This document shows, one piece after another, positions 28,143 through 37,594 of a DNA stretch of 64,000 bases. The notes under the pieces were generated by a model. That model was not told the DNA's origin. It worked only from the letters and a program-made list of their open reading frames with translations, and did no database searches. Source of the DNA: an uncultured delta proteobacterium (lineage in GTDB: Bacteria > Myxococcota_A > Polyangia > Haliangiales > Haliangiaceae); contig CAWKDB010000004.1 of the NCBI GenBank assembly GCA_963848295.1, forward strand, positions 128,001 to 192,000, read 5' to 3'. Position numbers and translations under genes: made by a program. Every line of letters starts with the position of its first letter. The stretch's first letter is position 1.

Positions 28143-29174
28143 CTACGGTTGCATCCCGTCGACCAGCCGCGTGCGCCTCTGCCAGTCTTCCATCCAGCCC
28201 GGATACTCGGGCGGCAGGGCGCTGACCGCGTCGAGCTTCGCGAGGTCGTCGGCATCGAGCTTGATCTGAGTCGCGCCCAGGTTGTCGGCGAGTTGCTCGT
28301 CGGTGCGCGCGCCGATGATCACCGAGGTCACGCCCGGTTTGTGGAGCAAGTACGCCAGCGCGATCCGAGCGATCGAGGCATCGTGCTTCGCCGCGATCGG
28401 CCGCATCGCCTCGACGCACGCGAACGCGCGTGGCTTGTCGACGATCGGGAAGTCGAACGACGCGCGCCTGGACTCGGCGGGGGCCTTGCCGTCGGTGAAC
28501 TTGCCGGACAGCAAGCCGCCCGCGAGCGGCGACCACGGCATGATGCCGAGGCCTTCGTCGAGCGCCAGCGGCACGATCTCGCGTTCGATGTCGCGCGATG
28601 CGATCGTGTAGAACATCTGCGCCGACACGAACCTCGCCTTGCCGGCGCGGTCCGCGAGTCCGAGCATCTTCGTCGCGCGCCACGCCGGGAGGTTGCAGAA
28701 CCCGACGTAGCGGGCCTTGCCGGATCGCACGACCGTGTCGAGCGCGTCGATCGTCTCGTCCATCGGCGTGACCGGGTCGACACCGTGAATCTGGTAGAGG
28801 TCGACGTGATCGAGCTTGAGCCGGCGCAAGCTACCGTCGATCGAGTCGAGGATGTGCTTGCGCGATTGCCCGGCCGCGTTCGGCGCCTTGCCGGTCCGGC
28901 CGTGGACCTTCGTCGCGATCACGAGCTCGTCGCGTGGTGCCGCGAGCTTCGCGATCGCGTCGCCGAGCAACTTCTCGCTCTCGCCCTCGTGATAGACGTC
29001 CGCGGTGTCGAAGAAGTTGATGCCAGCGGCGAGCGCTTTCTTGAGTTGACCGGTGACGGCGTCGATGCCGAGCTTGCCGATGACCTCCCAGAAGCCTTTG
29101 CCTCCGTAGGTCATCGTCCCGAGGCAGAGCTCCGATACGTACAGGCCGGTGCGGCCGAGGCGGTTGTATTTCAT
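28143..29174 (-). CDS. Aldo/keto reductase
   Basis: LCLGTM, FFDTADVY, IATK, DLYQIH, WSPLAGGLLSGK, IIGART. Confidence 0.95.
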   Translation of the reverse strand: MKYNRLGRTGLYVSELCLGTMTYGGKGFWEVIGKLGIDAVTGQLKKALAAGINFFDTADVYHEGESEKLLGDAIAKLAAPRDELVIATKVHGRTGKAPNAAGQSRKHILDSIDGSLRRLKLDHVDLYQIHGVDPVTPMDETIDALDTVVRSGKARYVGFCNLPAWRATKMLGLADRAGKARFVSAQMFYTIASRDIEREIVPLALDEGLGIMPWSPLAGGLLSGKFTDGKAPAESRRASFDFPIVDKPRAFACVEAMRPIAAKHDASIARIALAYLLHKPGVTSVIIGARTDEQLADNLGATQIKLDADDLAKLDAVSALPPEYPGWMEDWQRRTRLVDGMQP

Positions 29175-29240
29175 GGCTTCGGGCTTGCCATGAAACGCGC
29201 GGGCTGGCGACGGGAGTGCCCAGCGGAAGCGACGGTCGGG

Positions 29241-29720
29241 CTAGAACACGACGGCGATCGTCTCGGTCGAGGCGGCGCCGCAATCGGTGCCGGCGAGCGC
29301 TTGCACGGTCTGCAGCACGTCGAGCGTACCGTGGGCGGGATCGATCGCGCTGAGCGAGAGCGAGAAGCTGCCGGTCGGCGTCGACTGATCGCCGGCGCTG
29401 TAGACGCACGCGCCATCGCCGATCGAGCGGGCGCCGATCGCATGCCAGCTCGGGACGGTCTCCGACGAGTAGTTGCCGGCCGGTGGGTTCGCGCCGAGGT
29501 CGAGCTCGATCATCACCTGCGCGCCCAGCAGCGGCGAGTCGATCGCGAAGTCGAGGCTGTCTCCGAGCGTCGGACAGTTGTCGGCGGACAGCGTCGACTC
29601 GGCGAAGTTGCCTGCGAACGTCACCGGGCATGCGCCGCCGCACACCGCCGCATCGGCGCAGGTCGGCATCGTGTTGTCGCCGCAAGCGGCGAGGACGAGG
29701 AGTAGGCCGAGCCACTTCAT
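29241..29720 (-). CDS. Small lipoprotein of unknown function (paralog of 13604-14080)
   Basis: MKWLGLLLVLAACGDN; ATGA coupling; FAGNFAES..CPTL, IGDGACVY, GSF. Confidence 0.8.
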   Translation of the reverse strand: MKWLGLLLVLAACGDNTMPTCADAAVCGGACPVTFAGNFAESTLSADNCPTLGDSLDFAIDSPLLGAQVMIELDLGANPPAGNYSSETVPSWHAIGARSIGDGACVYSAGDQSTPTGSFSLSLSAIDPAHGTLDVLQTVQALAGTDCGAASTETIAVVF

Positions 29721-31657
29721 AGCGATCTCAGGTACTCGACGAGCGCATCCTCGTCGTCGGCCGAGAGCGACGAGATGTCGCCCATCGTGCCGCGCGTCTG
29801 CTCGAGCACGTCGTGCAGCGTCGGCGCGCTCCCATCGTGGAGGTACGGCGGTGTGGCTGCGATGCCGGTCAGCGACGGCGTGTCGAACATGCACGCCGCG
29901 CGCGGGTCGCCGAGGATGTCGTCGTGGGCGACGTCGGGGTACGACCCGGTATTGCACGTGCCGACGTCGTGCAGGACGATCGAGCCGGTCAGATCGAGTG
30001 TCGGGTTGCCGCCACCCGAGTCGGTGAACCGCGGACCGCTGTGACAGTTGGCGCAGCCGACATCCGGGCGCATGAAGATCGTCTGGCCACGGGCGACCTT
30101 CGCCGGATCCGTCGTCGGTGGCCTCGGTGCGGGAATCGCGAAGTTGACGTACGCGGTGATCGCGTCGAGCTCGGTCGCCTGCGCGATCGGATCGAACGAC
30201 CCGCCTTGCTCGACGTTGATCGTGCGGTAGTAGTCCTGGACCGCGTTGCGATCGGCGGTGCGAAACAGGAAGCCGGTGCCGAGCATGCCGCCCGCGTTCG
30301 TCGGCGTGTCGCGTGGACCTTGCGCGAAGTCCCACGTCACGGCATCGCTGCGACCTTCCATGTGGCAGCTCGCACACGCGACCCAGTGGTTCTGCGTCAC
30401 CGGATATTGATCGCTGTTCGCCGAATAGAACAGCTGTTGGCCGAACCGCAACGACGCCGGCATCGGATCGCTCGCGATGCGCGAGATCGGTGCGCCATCG
30501 GCGGTCAACGTGATCCCGGTCGCGGTGTGCGCGATCGCGACGACCGCGATGTCGCCGGTGTTGCGCTCGTCGACGTATGCGGTCGAGTCATCCGGCGAGA
30601 TCACGATGCCTTCGGGCATGTGTCCGGGGAGCGGACGACCGAGCGCGGCTTCGACCCGGCCGACGCCGTCGATCGCGAGCACGTCTTCGCTGTTCTCGTC
30701 GGCGACCAGCGCGAGCGAGCCGTCGTGGGTCCAGGCGATCGCGTGCGGTCCCGAAACGACGTCGGCGAACGAGCCGTCGATCCCCGGGACGTCGAGCGCA
30801 TCGATCGACAGCGTCGTCTCGAACGCGCCGGCGCCGGCCGAGATCACCGAGACCGACGGGAACACCGTACTCTCGAAGTCGAGCGCCGGTTGCGGGGTGT
30901 CGATGCCGAGCAGGACGTGCGTGACCCACAGCTCGTCGGTGCCGGGCCGCGCCGCGACGTCGTACAACCCGCGCGGCACACCGTGAGCGAGCCGCTGATC
31001 GCCCCGCGGCGCGGTCGCCGGGATCGCCAGCGTCGCGCGAGTGGTGAGCGTGTCGGGATCGAGCGCGATGACGCCGCCGCCCGCGAATTGCGTGACGAGC
31101 AGCGAGCCATCGGTGGGGGACCAGCCGAGCGCCCACGGTGCGGCCGGGACCGTGCCGGTCGCGATGACTTGAAGATCCGCGGCGTCGACCTTCACGACGG
31201 TGTAGTCCTGCGACGACGCGACATAGATCGCGCTGCCGTCGGCCGCGACCGTCACCCCGACCGGTTCGCTGCCGACCGCGACCGACAGGATCGCGTGGCT
31301 CCCGAGATCGATCGCGTACAGCAGCCCGGAGCGTTGCCCGGTGACGTACAGCGTCGCGCCGTCGCTCGACAGCGCGAGCGCGCGCGGCATGACCGCGGGT
31401 GCGAAGTTGCCGCTGCCGTCGGCGGTCGGCGCTGGCCCGAGCGGGATCTCCGCGGTCGCGGTCCGCGACGCGGTGTCGACCACCGAGACCGAGTCGCTGT
31501 CGGCGTTGACGACGTAGAGCGTCGCGCCATCGCTCGACAGCGCGATCGAGCTCGAGTGCGCGACCGATCCGGGCGGTCCGCCGGTCGCATCGGGCGGCGC
31601 CGGCTTCGAGTAGCAAGCGGCGAGTGACAGCGCGGCTAACAGGGCGTGCTTCGTCAT
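29717..31657 (-). CDS. Lipoprotein: YVTN/YncE beta-propeller fused to a di-heme cytochrome c peroxidase/MauG-like domain
   Basis: LAAC lipobox; propeller blades (ALSSDGATLYV); CASCH and CANCH; RDTP, DTPSL, TPPYLHDG. Confidence 0.88.
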   Translation of the reverse strand: MTKHALLAALSLAACYSKPAPPDATGGPPGSVAHSSSIALSSDGATLYVVNADSDSVSVVDTASRTATAEIPLGPAPTADGSGNFAPAVMPRALALSSDGATLYVTGQRSGLLYAIDLGSHAILSVAVGSEPVGVTVAADGSAIYVASSQDYTVVKVDAADLQVIATGTVPAAPWALGWSPTDGSLLVTQFAGGGVIALDPDTLTTRATLAIPATAPRGDQRLAHGVPRGLYDVAARPGTDELWVTHVLLGIDTPQPALDFESTVFPSVSVISAGAGAFETTLSIDALDVPGIDGSFADVVSGPHAIAWTHDGSLALVADENSEDVLAIDGVGRVEAALGRPLPGHMPEGIVISPDDSTAYVDERNTGDIAVVAIAHTATGITLTADGAPISRIASDPMPASLRFGQQLFYSANSDQYPVTQNHWVACASCHMEGRSDAVTWDFAQGPRDTPTNAGGMLGTGFLFRTADRNAVQDYYRTINVEQGGSFDPIAQATELDAITAYVNFAIPAPRPPTTDPAKVARGQTIFMRPDVGCANCHSGPRFTDSGGGNPTLDLTGSIVLHDVGTCNTGSYPDVAHDDILGDPRAACMFDTPSLTGIAATPPYLHDGSAPTLHDVLEQTRGTMGDISSLSADDEDALVEYLRSL

Positions 31658-34011
31658 TGCGGCCTCGCGATGTGGAACGTGACCGAGTCCGCGAGCGCGG
31701 CGGGCAATTGCGCGTCGTCGATCTCGGGCACGCAGTCTTGTTCGCGATCCGAGGTCGGCTCCGGCTGTTGGCCCGGCAAGATGTGCTCCTGCAGCACGCC
31801 GATCTCGCCGGTCAGGGTCCGCTCGCCCATCTGCATCCCGCCGCGTGGCAAGCCGTCGACGACGTTCGTGCATTCGGCCGGCCAGTCGACGAGCCGGTTC
31901 GCGTTGCGATCGTCCCAGCCGTTGAGCACGAGCTTGTTGAGCCGGCCGAGCAGGTCTTCGAGCTGCGGCTCGAGCGCCTCGTTGCCGGGCCGGGTCGCGA
32001 CGAGCTCGTACATGTCGCGCAACGAGCTCTGGATCAGCGCGAACCGCAGCGGCGTGAACTCGACATCGTCGACCGGCGCCGCGGTGACCGAGTAGATCCG
32101 CGCGGCGCTGTCGTAGAACACCGCCTGCATCCGGTCGAACACGGCGATCGCGCGGTCGCGATAGCGAACATCGCCGGTCGCGAGGTACGCCGCGAACAGC
32201 CCGCGGATCGCCGCGGCGTGCGAATCGATGACGTCGCTGTCGTCGACGGCCGCGCCGGTCGCGACGTTCCAACCGGCGTACGCGCGGCCGGTGTCGTCGG
32301 TGAGGTGGTCGTACAGCAGGGTCGCTTGCGCGAGCAGCATCTGGTCGACGCGATTCGCGAACGTCAGCGTCGCGTCGCCGGGGTATGCGAGGGCCAAGCC
32401 GTCGAGCGCGGTCGCGATCCCCGCGCTGTCCGGCGTGTTGTTCGAGTACAGCTCGAGCTTCGAGCTCAGCGCGCGATGCACGGTGCGCAGGCCGATGAGC
32501 GCGTACGCGAGCGACGTCGTGGCGACCGTCGTGCCGCGGGTCGGCGTCGCCCCCGCGAACGTGACATCGTCGACCAGCACGCCCGACGCCGGATCGGTGT
32601 GCAGCCGATCGAGATCGACGATCGCGACGCGGATCATCGCGAGCGCGCGGTCGTGCAGCGTCGCCTCGCCGTCGGCGAGCCCGTTGTCGGCGGGGAACGG
32701 ATCGCCGTCGAAGAACACCGCCGCGGTCTGAGCGCCGCCGACATCGGCGTTGCGCGCATCGGTCAGCGCGAAGAACTCGGAGAACCCCATGGCGAGCCCG
32801 ATCTGATCGAGCAGCGAGCTATCCGCCGATGCCAGCGAGTACGCCGGCATCGGGAACACGCCGCCGTCGTCGCTCTCGGTCACCGCGATCTTGCCCGGGA
32901 ACCACCGCAGCGGCGAGCTGTACCCGTACGCGAGCGCATCCGCGATCGACGCGAAGCCCGACAGCGTCGTGCCGTTGGTCGTGGTCAACGACTTCAGCCA
33001 ATCCTCCGCGCGATTATCGGCCATCGCGACGAACATCTGCGATTGAAAGCCCTCGATGTCGCTCGAGCCGAGGTAGGTTCCGGCAGCGGTCGGCATGCCG
33101 GTGTCGTCGGCGCCTACGATCATGTTGCCGGCCGTGCCGACGGTGTCGAGGTCGCCGACATCGACTGCCGCGACCGCGGCCTCGGTCGAGTCGTGCATGA
33201 CTTGCAGGTAGTTCAACGTCCACAAGCCGTACTTCCACAGCGAGAAGCCATCAGCGCCGGGCGTGATCGTCGGATCGATCTGCTGCGCGCGATTCGGCAG
33301 CTGCAACGATCGGGCATCGCATTCGTAATCGGCGCAGCCTACCGCGCCGGTCGCACCTGGATCGTCGTCGGAGCTGATCGCACACTGCAGCGCGACCGTG
33401 CCGACCGGTGCGATCGCCGGGTCGAAGCTCGCGAACACGTGGTTCGTCGGCCAGATCCCGGGCCAGCCGATCGGGTTGTCGGCGGCGTGGCTGATCGCGA
33501 GCGGGTAGGTGCCGGCCGGGAACACGAACCGGCCGGTCGCGTTGCTGCCCGCGGCGAAGTGCTGGACCGTGTCGATCAGATGCGCCGTCGCGGCGGTGCC
33601 GTGCGCGGCGTCGGGGTTGACGAGTGGGCCGTACGCGAGCGAGGTCCCGGCGCCCGCCTCGAACGCCAAGTTGTTCATCGGCTGCTTCGAGTATTCGTAC
33701 GATTCGACCGCGGTCGAGAACCCGGCGAGATCGATCCACGCACCGGCCGACCACACCGACGTGTCGAAGTAGAGATCCGGCGGCAGGTGGTCGCGGCTGT
33801 AATTGCCGAGGTTGCGGCCCATCGCTTCAGCGAGTGGCTCGCCGGAGATCTGCATCTCGCCGGCGGCGATCATGTGCTCGCGCACGACGAACCGCGTGCT
33901 GCCGACGCTCGAGGTCACGACGATCGGTTGTGCGGCCGAGCCGGCGTCGGGGCCGGGCGGCGCCGGCGTCGAATGGCAAGCGGTGAGCGCGACGAGGGCC
34001 ACGCGCCGCAT
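31654..34011 (-). CDS. Large lipoprotein of unknown function, ~785 aa (paralog of 14080-16395)
   Basis: MRRVALVALTAC; coupled to both neighbours; conserved blocks with the paralog. Confidence 0.85.
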   Translation of the reverse strand: MRRVALVALTACHSTPAPPGPDAGSAAQPIVVTSSVGSTRFVVREHMIAAGEMQISGEPLAEAMGRNLGNYSRDHLPPDLYFDTSVWSAGAWIDLAGFSTAVESYEYSKQPMNNLAFEAGAGTSLAYGPLVNPDAAHGTAATAHLIDTVQHFAAGSNATGRFVFPAGTYPLAISHAADNPIGWPGIWPTNHVFASFDPAIAPVGTVALQCAISSDDDPGATGAVGCADYECDARSLQLPNRAQQIDPTITPGADGFSLWKYGLWTLNYLQVMHDSTEAAVAAVDVGDLDTVGTAGNMIVGADDTGMPTAAGTYLGSSDIEGFQSQMFVAMADNRAEDWLKSLTTTNGTTLSGFASIADALAYGYSSPLRWFPGKIAVTESDDGGVFPMPAYSLASADSSLLDQIGLAMGFSEFFALTDARNADVGGAQTAAVFFDGDPFPADNGLADGEATLHDRALAMIRVAIVDLDRLHTDPASGVLVDDVTFAGATPTRGTTVATTSLAYALIGLRTVHRALSSKLELYSNNTPDSAGIATALDGLALAYPGDATLTFANRVDQMLLAQATLLYDHLTDDTGRAYAGWNVATGAAVDDSDVIDSHAAAIRGLFAAYLATGDVRYRDRAIAVFDRMQAVFYDSAARIYSVTAAPVDDVEFTPLRFALIQSSLRDMYELVATRPGNEALEPQLEDLLGRLNKLVLNGWDDRNANRLVDWPAECTNVVDGLPRGGMQMGERTLTGEIGVLQEHILPGQQPEPTSDREQDCVPEIDDAQLPAALADSVTFHIARPQ

Positions 34012-34550
34012 CAGAAGCTCCCCAGCTGGAGCTCGGGCGAGCACACGTAGTCGTTGTAGTACCCGCAGCCGACGTGGCACGTGTTGCAGTCGCCGCTCGG
34101 GATGCCGCCGTACGACGTGCCCGACGGCGCCGCGGTGCCGCGCCACGTGATCGAGACCGCCTTCGAGTCGGGATCTTCGGCGAGCTCGAACCACTCCCAG
34201 TCGGCCGCGCCGCCGGAGTTGAAGTTACCACCGCGCTTGGCCCCCGCGAGGATCAGCATCTGCGCGTTCTCGCGCGCCTCGACGATCACCGTGCCGAGCG
34301 GGAACGTCTTCGAGCCCGACGGCGGTGCTTGGTTGATGTACTGCGTGCGCGGCCCGAGCACGACCGGCGGATACGTGCCGTCGTCGGTCGGTCCGAGGTC
34401 ATGGACCGACGGCCACTGGCGGAAATCGGCGAACGTGTCGACGAACGCGACGAACGTCTCGTTGCTGTCGGCGGGCGGGGGCGGTGCCACCGTCTTGTCG
34501 CAGGCCGCGAGCGCGGCCCCGACCAAACTGATACTGAAAACCAATTTCAC
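34011..34550 (-). CDS. Monoheme c lipoprotein, cytochrome P460/c'-beta-like fold
   Basis: LAAC lipobox; FRQW, FPLGTVIV, KRG..DWEWF, C-terminal CNTCH..DYV. Confidence 0.72.
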   Translation of the reverse strand: MKLVFSISLVGAALAACDKTVAPPPPADSNETFVAFVDTFADFRQWPSVHDLGPTDDGTYPPVVLGPRTQYINQAPPSGSKTFPLGTVIVEARENAQMLILAGAKRGGNFNSGGAADWEWFELAEDPDSKAVSITWRGTAAPSGTSYGGIPSGDCNTCHVGCGYYNDYVCSPELQLGSF

Positions 34551-34778
34551 TGCGCGCCAGTCTCCACCTCAAGCGAGGCGAGATCAAGCGCCAAGATTCC
34601 CCCAGTCGACGCCGCGGCGATGACGCTCGGTCTTCACCGACGAACGCTGGCGCGCGAACGCGAGCGCCCGTGGCGGTCTGCCACGCGCGACGGGCGCCTC
34701 TCTCCGGTCAGCGGGTGTTGGCCCGGCGCACGTCGATCTCGTTGGACACACAGCGTCGGCAATGGTGGTCTCGCTGCC

Positions 34779-35981
34779 ATGAGGATCTGGCTGTTACTCG
34801 GCCTCGTTACGGCCGCCTGTGGCGACAACCTGAAGGAAGCACCGGACGCGGGCGTTGCCGGGAGCGATGCGCCGGCCGGGTTCGTCGAAGCGACGCATGC
34901 GGCACCACCGCAGGTCGTGTCGGGTGGCGGCGCGGTGCTCGCGGCACCGACGGTCGTGCCGATCTTCTTCACCGGCGATGACACGACGCAAGCGCAAGTC
35001 GAAGACTTCCTCGGCATGTTGCCGGCGTCGCCCTACTGGACGACGACGGTCAGCGAGTACGGCGTCGGTGCGATCACGATCGCTCCGTCGATCGTCTCGA
35101 CCGATCCCGCGCCGACGACCGATGCCGACCTCGAGACCTGGCTGACGACGAACACCGATGGCACGCACGTGCCATGGCCGGTGGCGGACGCGAATACGAT
35201 CTACGCGGTGTTCTTGCCCGCGGGCGTCGTGTTGTCGGACGGTCCGGGCGACACCAGCTGCGTCGACTACGGCGGATACCACTCGGAAACGACGACGACG
35301 ACCGGGCAACCGCTCGTCTACGCGCTGCTGCCGCGTTGTGGCGCCTCGACGATCGGCACGACCCTCGACAACCTCACCGCCGCGCTGAGCCACGAGCTGA
35401 TCGAAGCGTCGACCGACCCGACGCCGTTCTCGAACCCCGCGTACACGCGCATCGACCCCGATCACTACATCTGGAGCCACACCCCGGGCGCCGAGATCGG
35501 CGACATGTGCGAGTACGTCGACGCCGCGTACCAGAAGCTGGTCGGTCCTTACCTCGTCCAGCGCACGTGGTCGAACGCGTCGGCCGCCGCCGGACACGAT
35601 CCATGCGTGCCGGTGATGGACACTCCGTACGTCGCCGCGATCCCGGAGTTACCGGACGACATCGCGGTGATGTCGCGCGGCGCCGCGACGACGACGAAGG
35701 GGCTCGCGGTCCCGGTCGGTGTGTCGAAGATGCTCGAGCTAGACCTGATCAGCGACGCCGAGACGATCGACTTCACGATCGGTGGCCAGGACGCCGCCGT
35801 GTTCACCGGCGGGCAGCGCACGCTCGATCTGCAATGGGGCACGGTGCTCGGCAATAACGGCACGAAGGCCCAAGTCCTGGTCACCCGCACGGTCGCGAAC
35901 ACGCGCGGCAACGAGCTCGAGATCACCGCGACGGTCGGCGGCAAGATCGTCGCCGTGTGGTGGGCGTTCATCGGCGACTGA
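34779..35981 (+). CDS. Lipoprotein with Phi-1/EXORDIUM-like (HExxE) domain
   Basis: TAACGDN lipobox; GGYHS, SHELIEASTDP, EIGDMC, YLVQRTWSN. Confidence 0.7.
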   Translation: MRIWLLLGLVTAACGDNLKEAPDAGVAGSDAPAGFVEATHAAPPQVVSGGGAVLAAPTVVPIFFTGDDTTQAQVEDFLGMLPASPYWTTTVSEYGVGAITIAPSIVSTDPAPTTDADLETWLTTNTDGTHVPWPVADANTIYAVFLPAGVVLSDGPGDTSCVDYGGYHSETTTTTGQPLVYALLPRCGASTIGTTLDNLTAALSHELIEASTDPTPFSNPAYTRIDPDHYIWSHTPGAEIGDMCEYVDAAYQKLVGPYLVQRTWSNASAAAGHDPCVPVMDTPYVAAIPELPDDIAVMSRGAATTTKGLAVPVGVSKMLELDLISDAETIDFTIGGQDAAVFTGGQRTLDLQWGTVLGNNGTKAQVLVTRTVANTRGNELEITATVGGKIVAVWWAFIGD

Positions 35982-35983
35982 AC

Positions 35984-37534
35984 TTAGAGCCCGAAGAACG
36001 TCTTGATCCCGGCCAAGATGCGCTCGCGCTCGCTGTCGTGACGGCTCGCGAGCATGGTCGCGTCGACGCCTTCGCGCACCGCCATCAACTGGATCCGGCG
36101 GGTCGCCATCTTCTCGGACATCTCGTTCGCGATCGCGGGGCGCGCGGCGAGTAGCGCCTCGAAAGGCTTGCGGCCGAGCCGGAAGCATTCGACCTCGGTC
36201 GTCGCGACCACGTCGGCGGTGCGCGGTTCGCCGGTCATCAGGCTCATCTCGCCGAAGAAATCGGGCGCGGCGAGCTTCGCGACCGCGACGCGTTGTTCCG
36301 GGATGCCGCCCGCGCCATCGGGATCGACGAGCATCCGGATCTCGGCGTCGCCAGCGGTCAGGATGTACAACCAGTGCGCGGTCGCGCCTTGCCGCGTGAT
36401 CGTCTCACCCGCGGCGTAGATCGCATGGCTCATGTCGCTCGCGAGCGTCCGGAGCTCTGCTTCGGTCATCGACTGGAACAGGTGAACGGTCTTGACCGCG
36501 TCGAGGTGGACATCGCCCTCGCGCGCGATCCGCTTGGCCTTGCGAACGTCGTCTTGGATCTCGACGAACGCGGTGTGCGCCGGCACCGCGAGCGGAATCC
36601 CCGCGCGCTTGAGCGCGGAGTAGATCCGCGTGCGAACGCGCGAGCTCGTCGGGTCATCGGCGGCGAGATCGACCAGCCAGTAGCGCACCGCATAGCTCGC
36701 GACGCTCTCGCGGCCTTCTTTGGTGAAGTCCATGCACACGCAGCTCGGCTTCGGATCGGGCGCGACGTTCTCGATCGGCGACGCGTTCACCCCCTGCAGC
36801 ACGACGTCGATCACGTGCGCGGGCGAGTAGCGATAGTCGACGTTGAACCACACCCACATGCGCAACGGCGCCGTCTCGCCTCCGCGCTTGCCGAGGATCG
36901 TGATGTTGTTAGCCAGGAGCTGCGCATTCGGCACGACGATCGTCGTCCAGTCGCGGGTCTCGACGATCGTATGGCGCCAGCGCACCGCGGTGACTCGGCC
37001 TTGCTTGCCGTTCTCGAGCTGGATCCAGTCGCCCTCGTGGATCGAGCCATCGAGCTGGAGCGCGACGCCACCGAGGATGTTGCCGAGCGTGCTCTGCAGC
37101 GAGATCGCGAGCACCGCGCTGACCACCGCGCCCGAGACCAACGCCCCGGTCGGGTCGACCCCGTGCGAGCTCAAGATCAAGAACGTGGCGACGATGTAGC
37201 CGAGGCCGACCGCCAGGTCGGTCGCGATCATCGGCAGCGTCACGCCGGTGATCGGCCAGAAGACCGTGAACACCAGCACCGCGCCGATATTGACGATGGC
37301 GAAGACGCGGACCAGCTCGGCGGCGATTCGCAGTCCCGCTTGTGCGGCCGGCTGACCCGCTTGTTGACCGATGTAGCTCGCGAACAGCGTCACCGCGTAC
37401 AGGACCGCGAGGATCGCGATCCGACGCAGCTGCGTGCGGTGCGCCGGCCTCAGCCGATTGACCAGCGCCGCGGTCAGGATCCAGCCCGCGAACAACCCGA
37501 GCGCCCACCACAATTCGCTCGCGTGTTCCGTCAT
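35984..37534 (-). CDS. MscS mechanosensitive channel with C-terminal cNMP-binding domain
   Basis: LQSTLGNILGG, GDWIQ, VVPNAQL; ITRQG..LYIL..G, FFGEMSLMTGEPRTADV. Confidence 0.92.
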   Translation of the reverse strand: MTEHASELWWALGLFAGWILTAALVNRLRPAHRTQLRRIAILAVLYAVTLFASYIGQQAGQPAAQAGLRIAAELVRVFAIVNIGAVLVFTVFWPITGVTLPMIATDLAVGLGYIVATFLILSSHGVDPTGALVSGAVVSAVLAISLQSTLGNILGGVALQLDGSIHEGDWIQLENGKQGRVTAVRWRHTIVETRDWTTIVVPNAQLLANNITILGKRGGETAPLRMWVWFNVDYRYSPAHVIDVVLQGVNASPIENVAPDPKPSCVCMDFTKEGRESVASYAVRYWLVDLAADDPTSSRVRTRIYSALKRAGIPLAVPAHTAFVEIQDDVRKAKRIAREGDVHLDAVKTVHLFQSMTEAELRTLASDMSHAIYAAGETITRQGATAHWLYILTAGDAEIRMLVDPDGAGGIPEQRVAVAKLAAPDFFGEMSLMTGEPRTADVVATTEVECFRLGRKPFEALLAARPAIANEMSEKMATRRIQLMAVREGVDATMLASRHDSERERILAGIKTFFGL

Positions 37535-37594
37535 CGGGTCGGCCTATAAAAATACCGCATTGTGCGGCGGGCCGTCCCGGGCCGGCGCGGTCGG

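Noticed and set aside
13604..34011. Paralogous blocks as a mobile element, DGR TR/VR pair or assembly duplication
   Set aside because: Divergence is spread throughout and includes indels; no adenine-specific pattern was evident, and there is no RT or transposase
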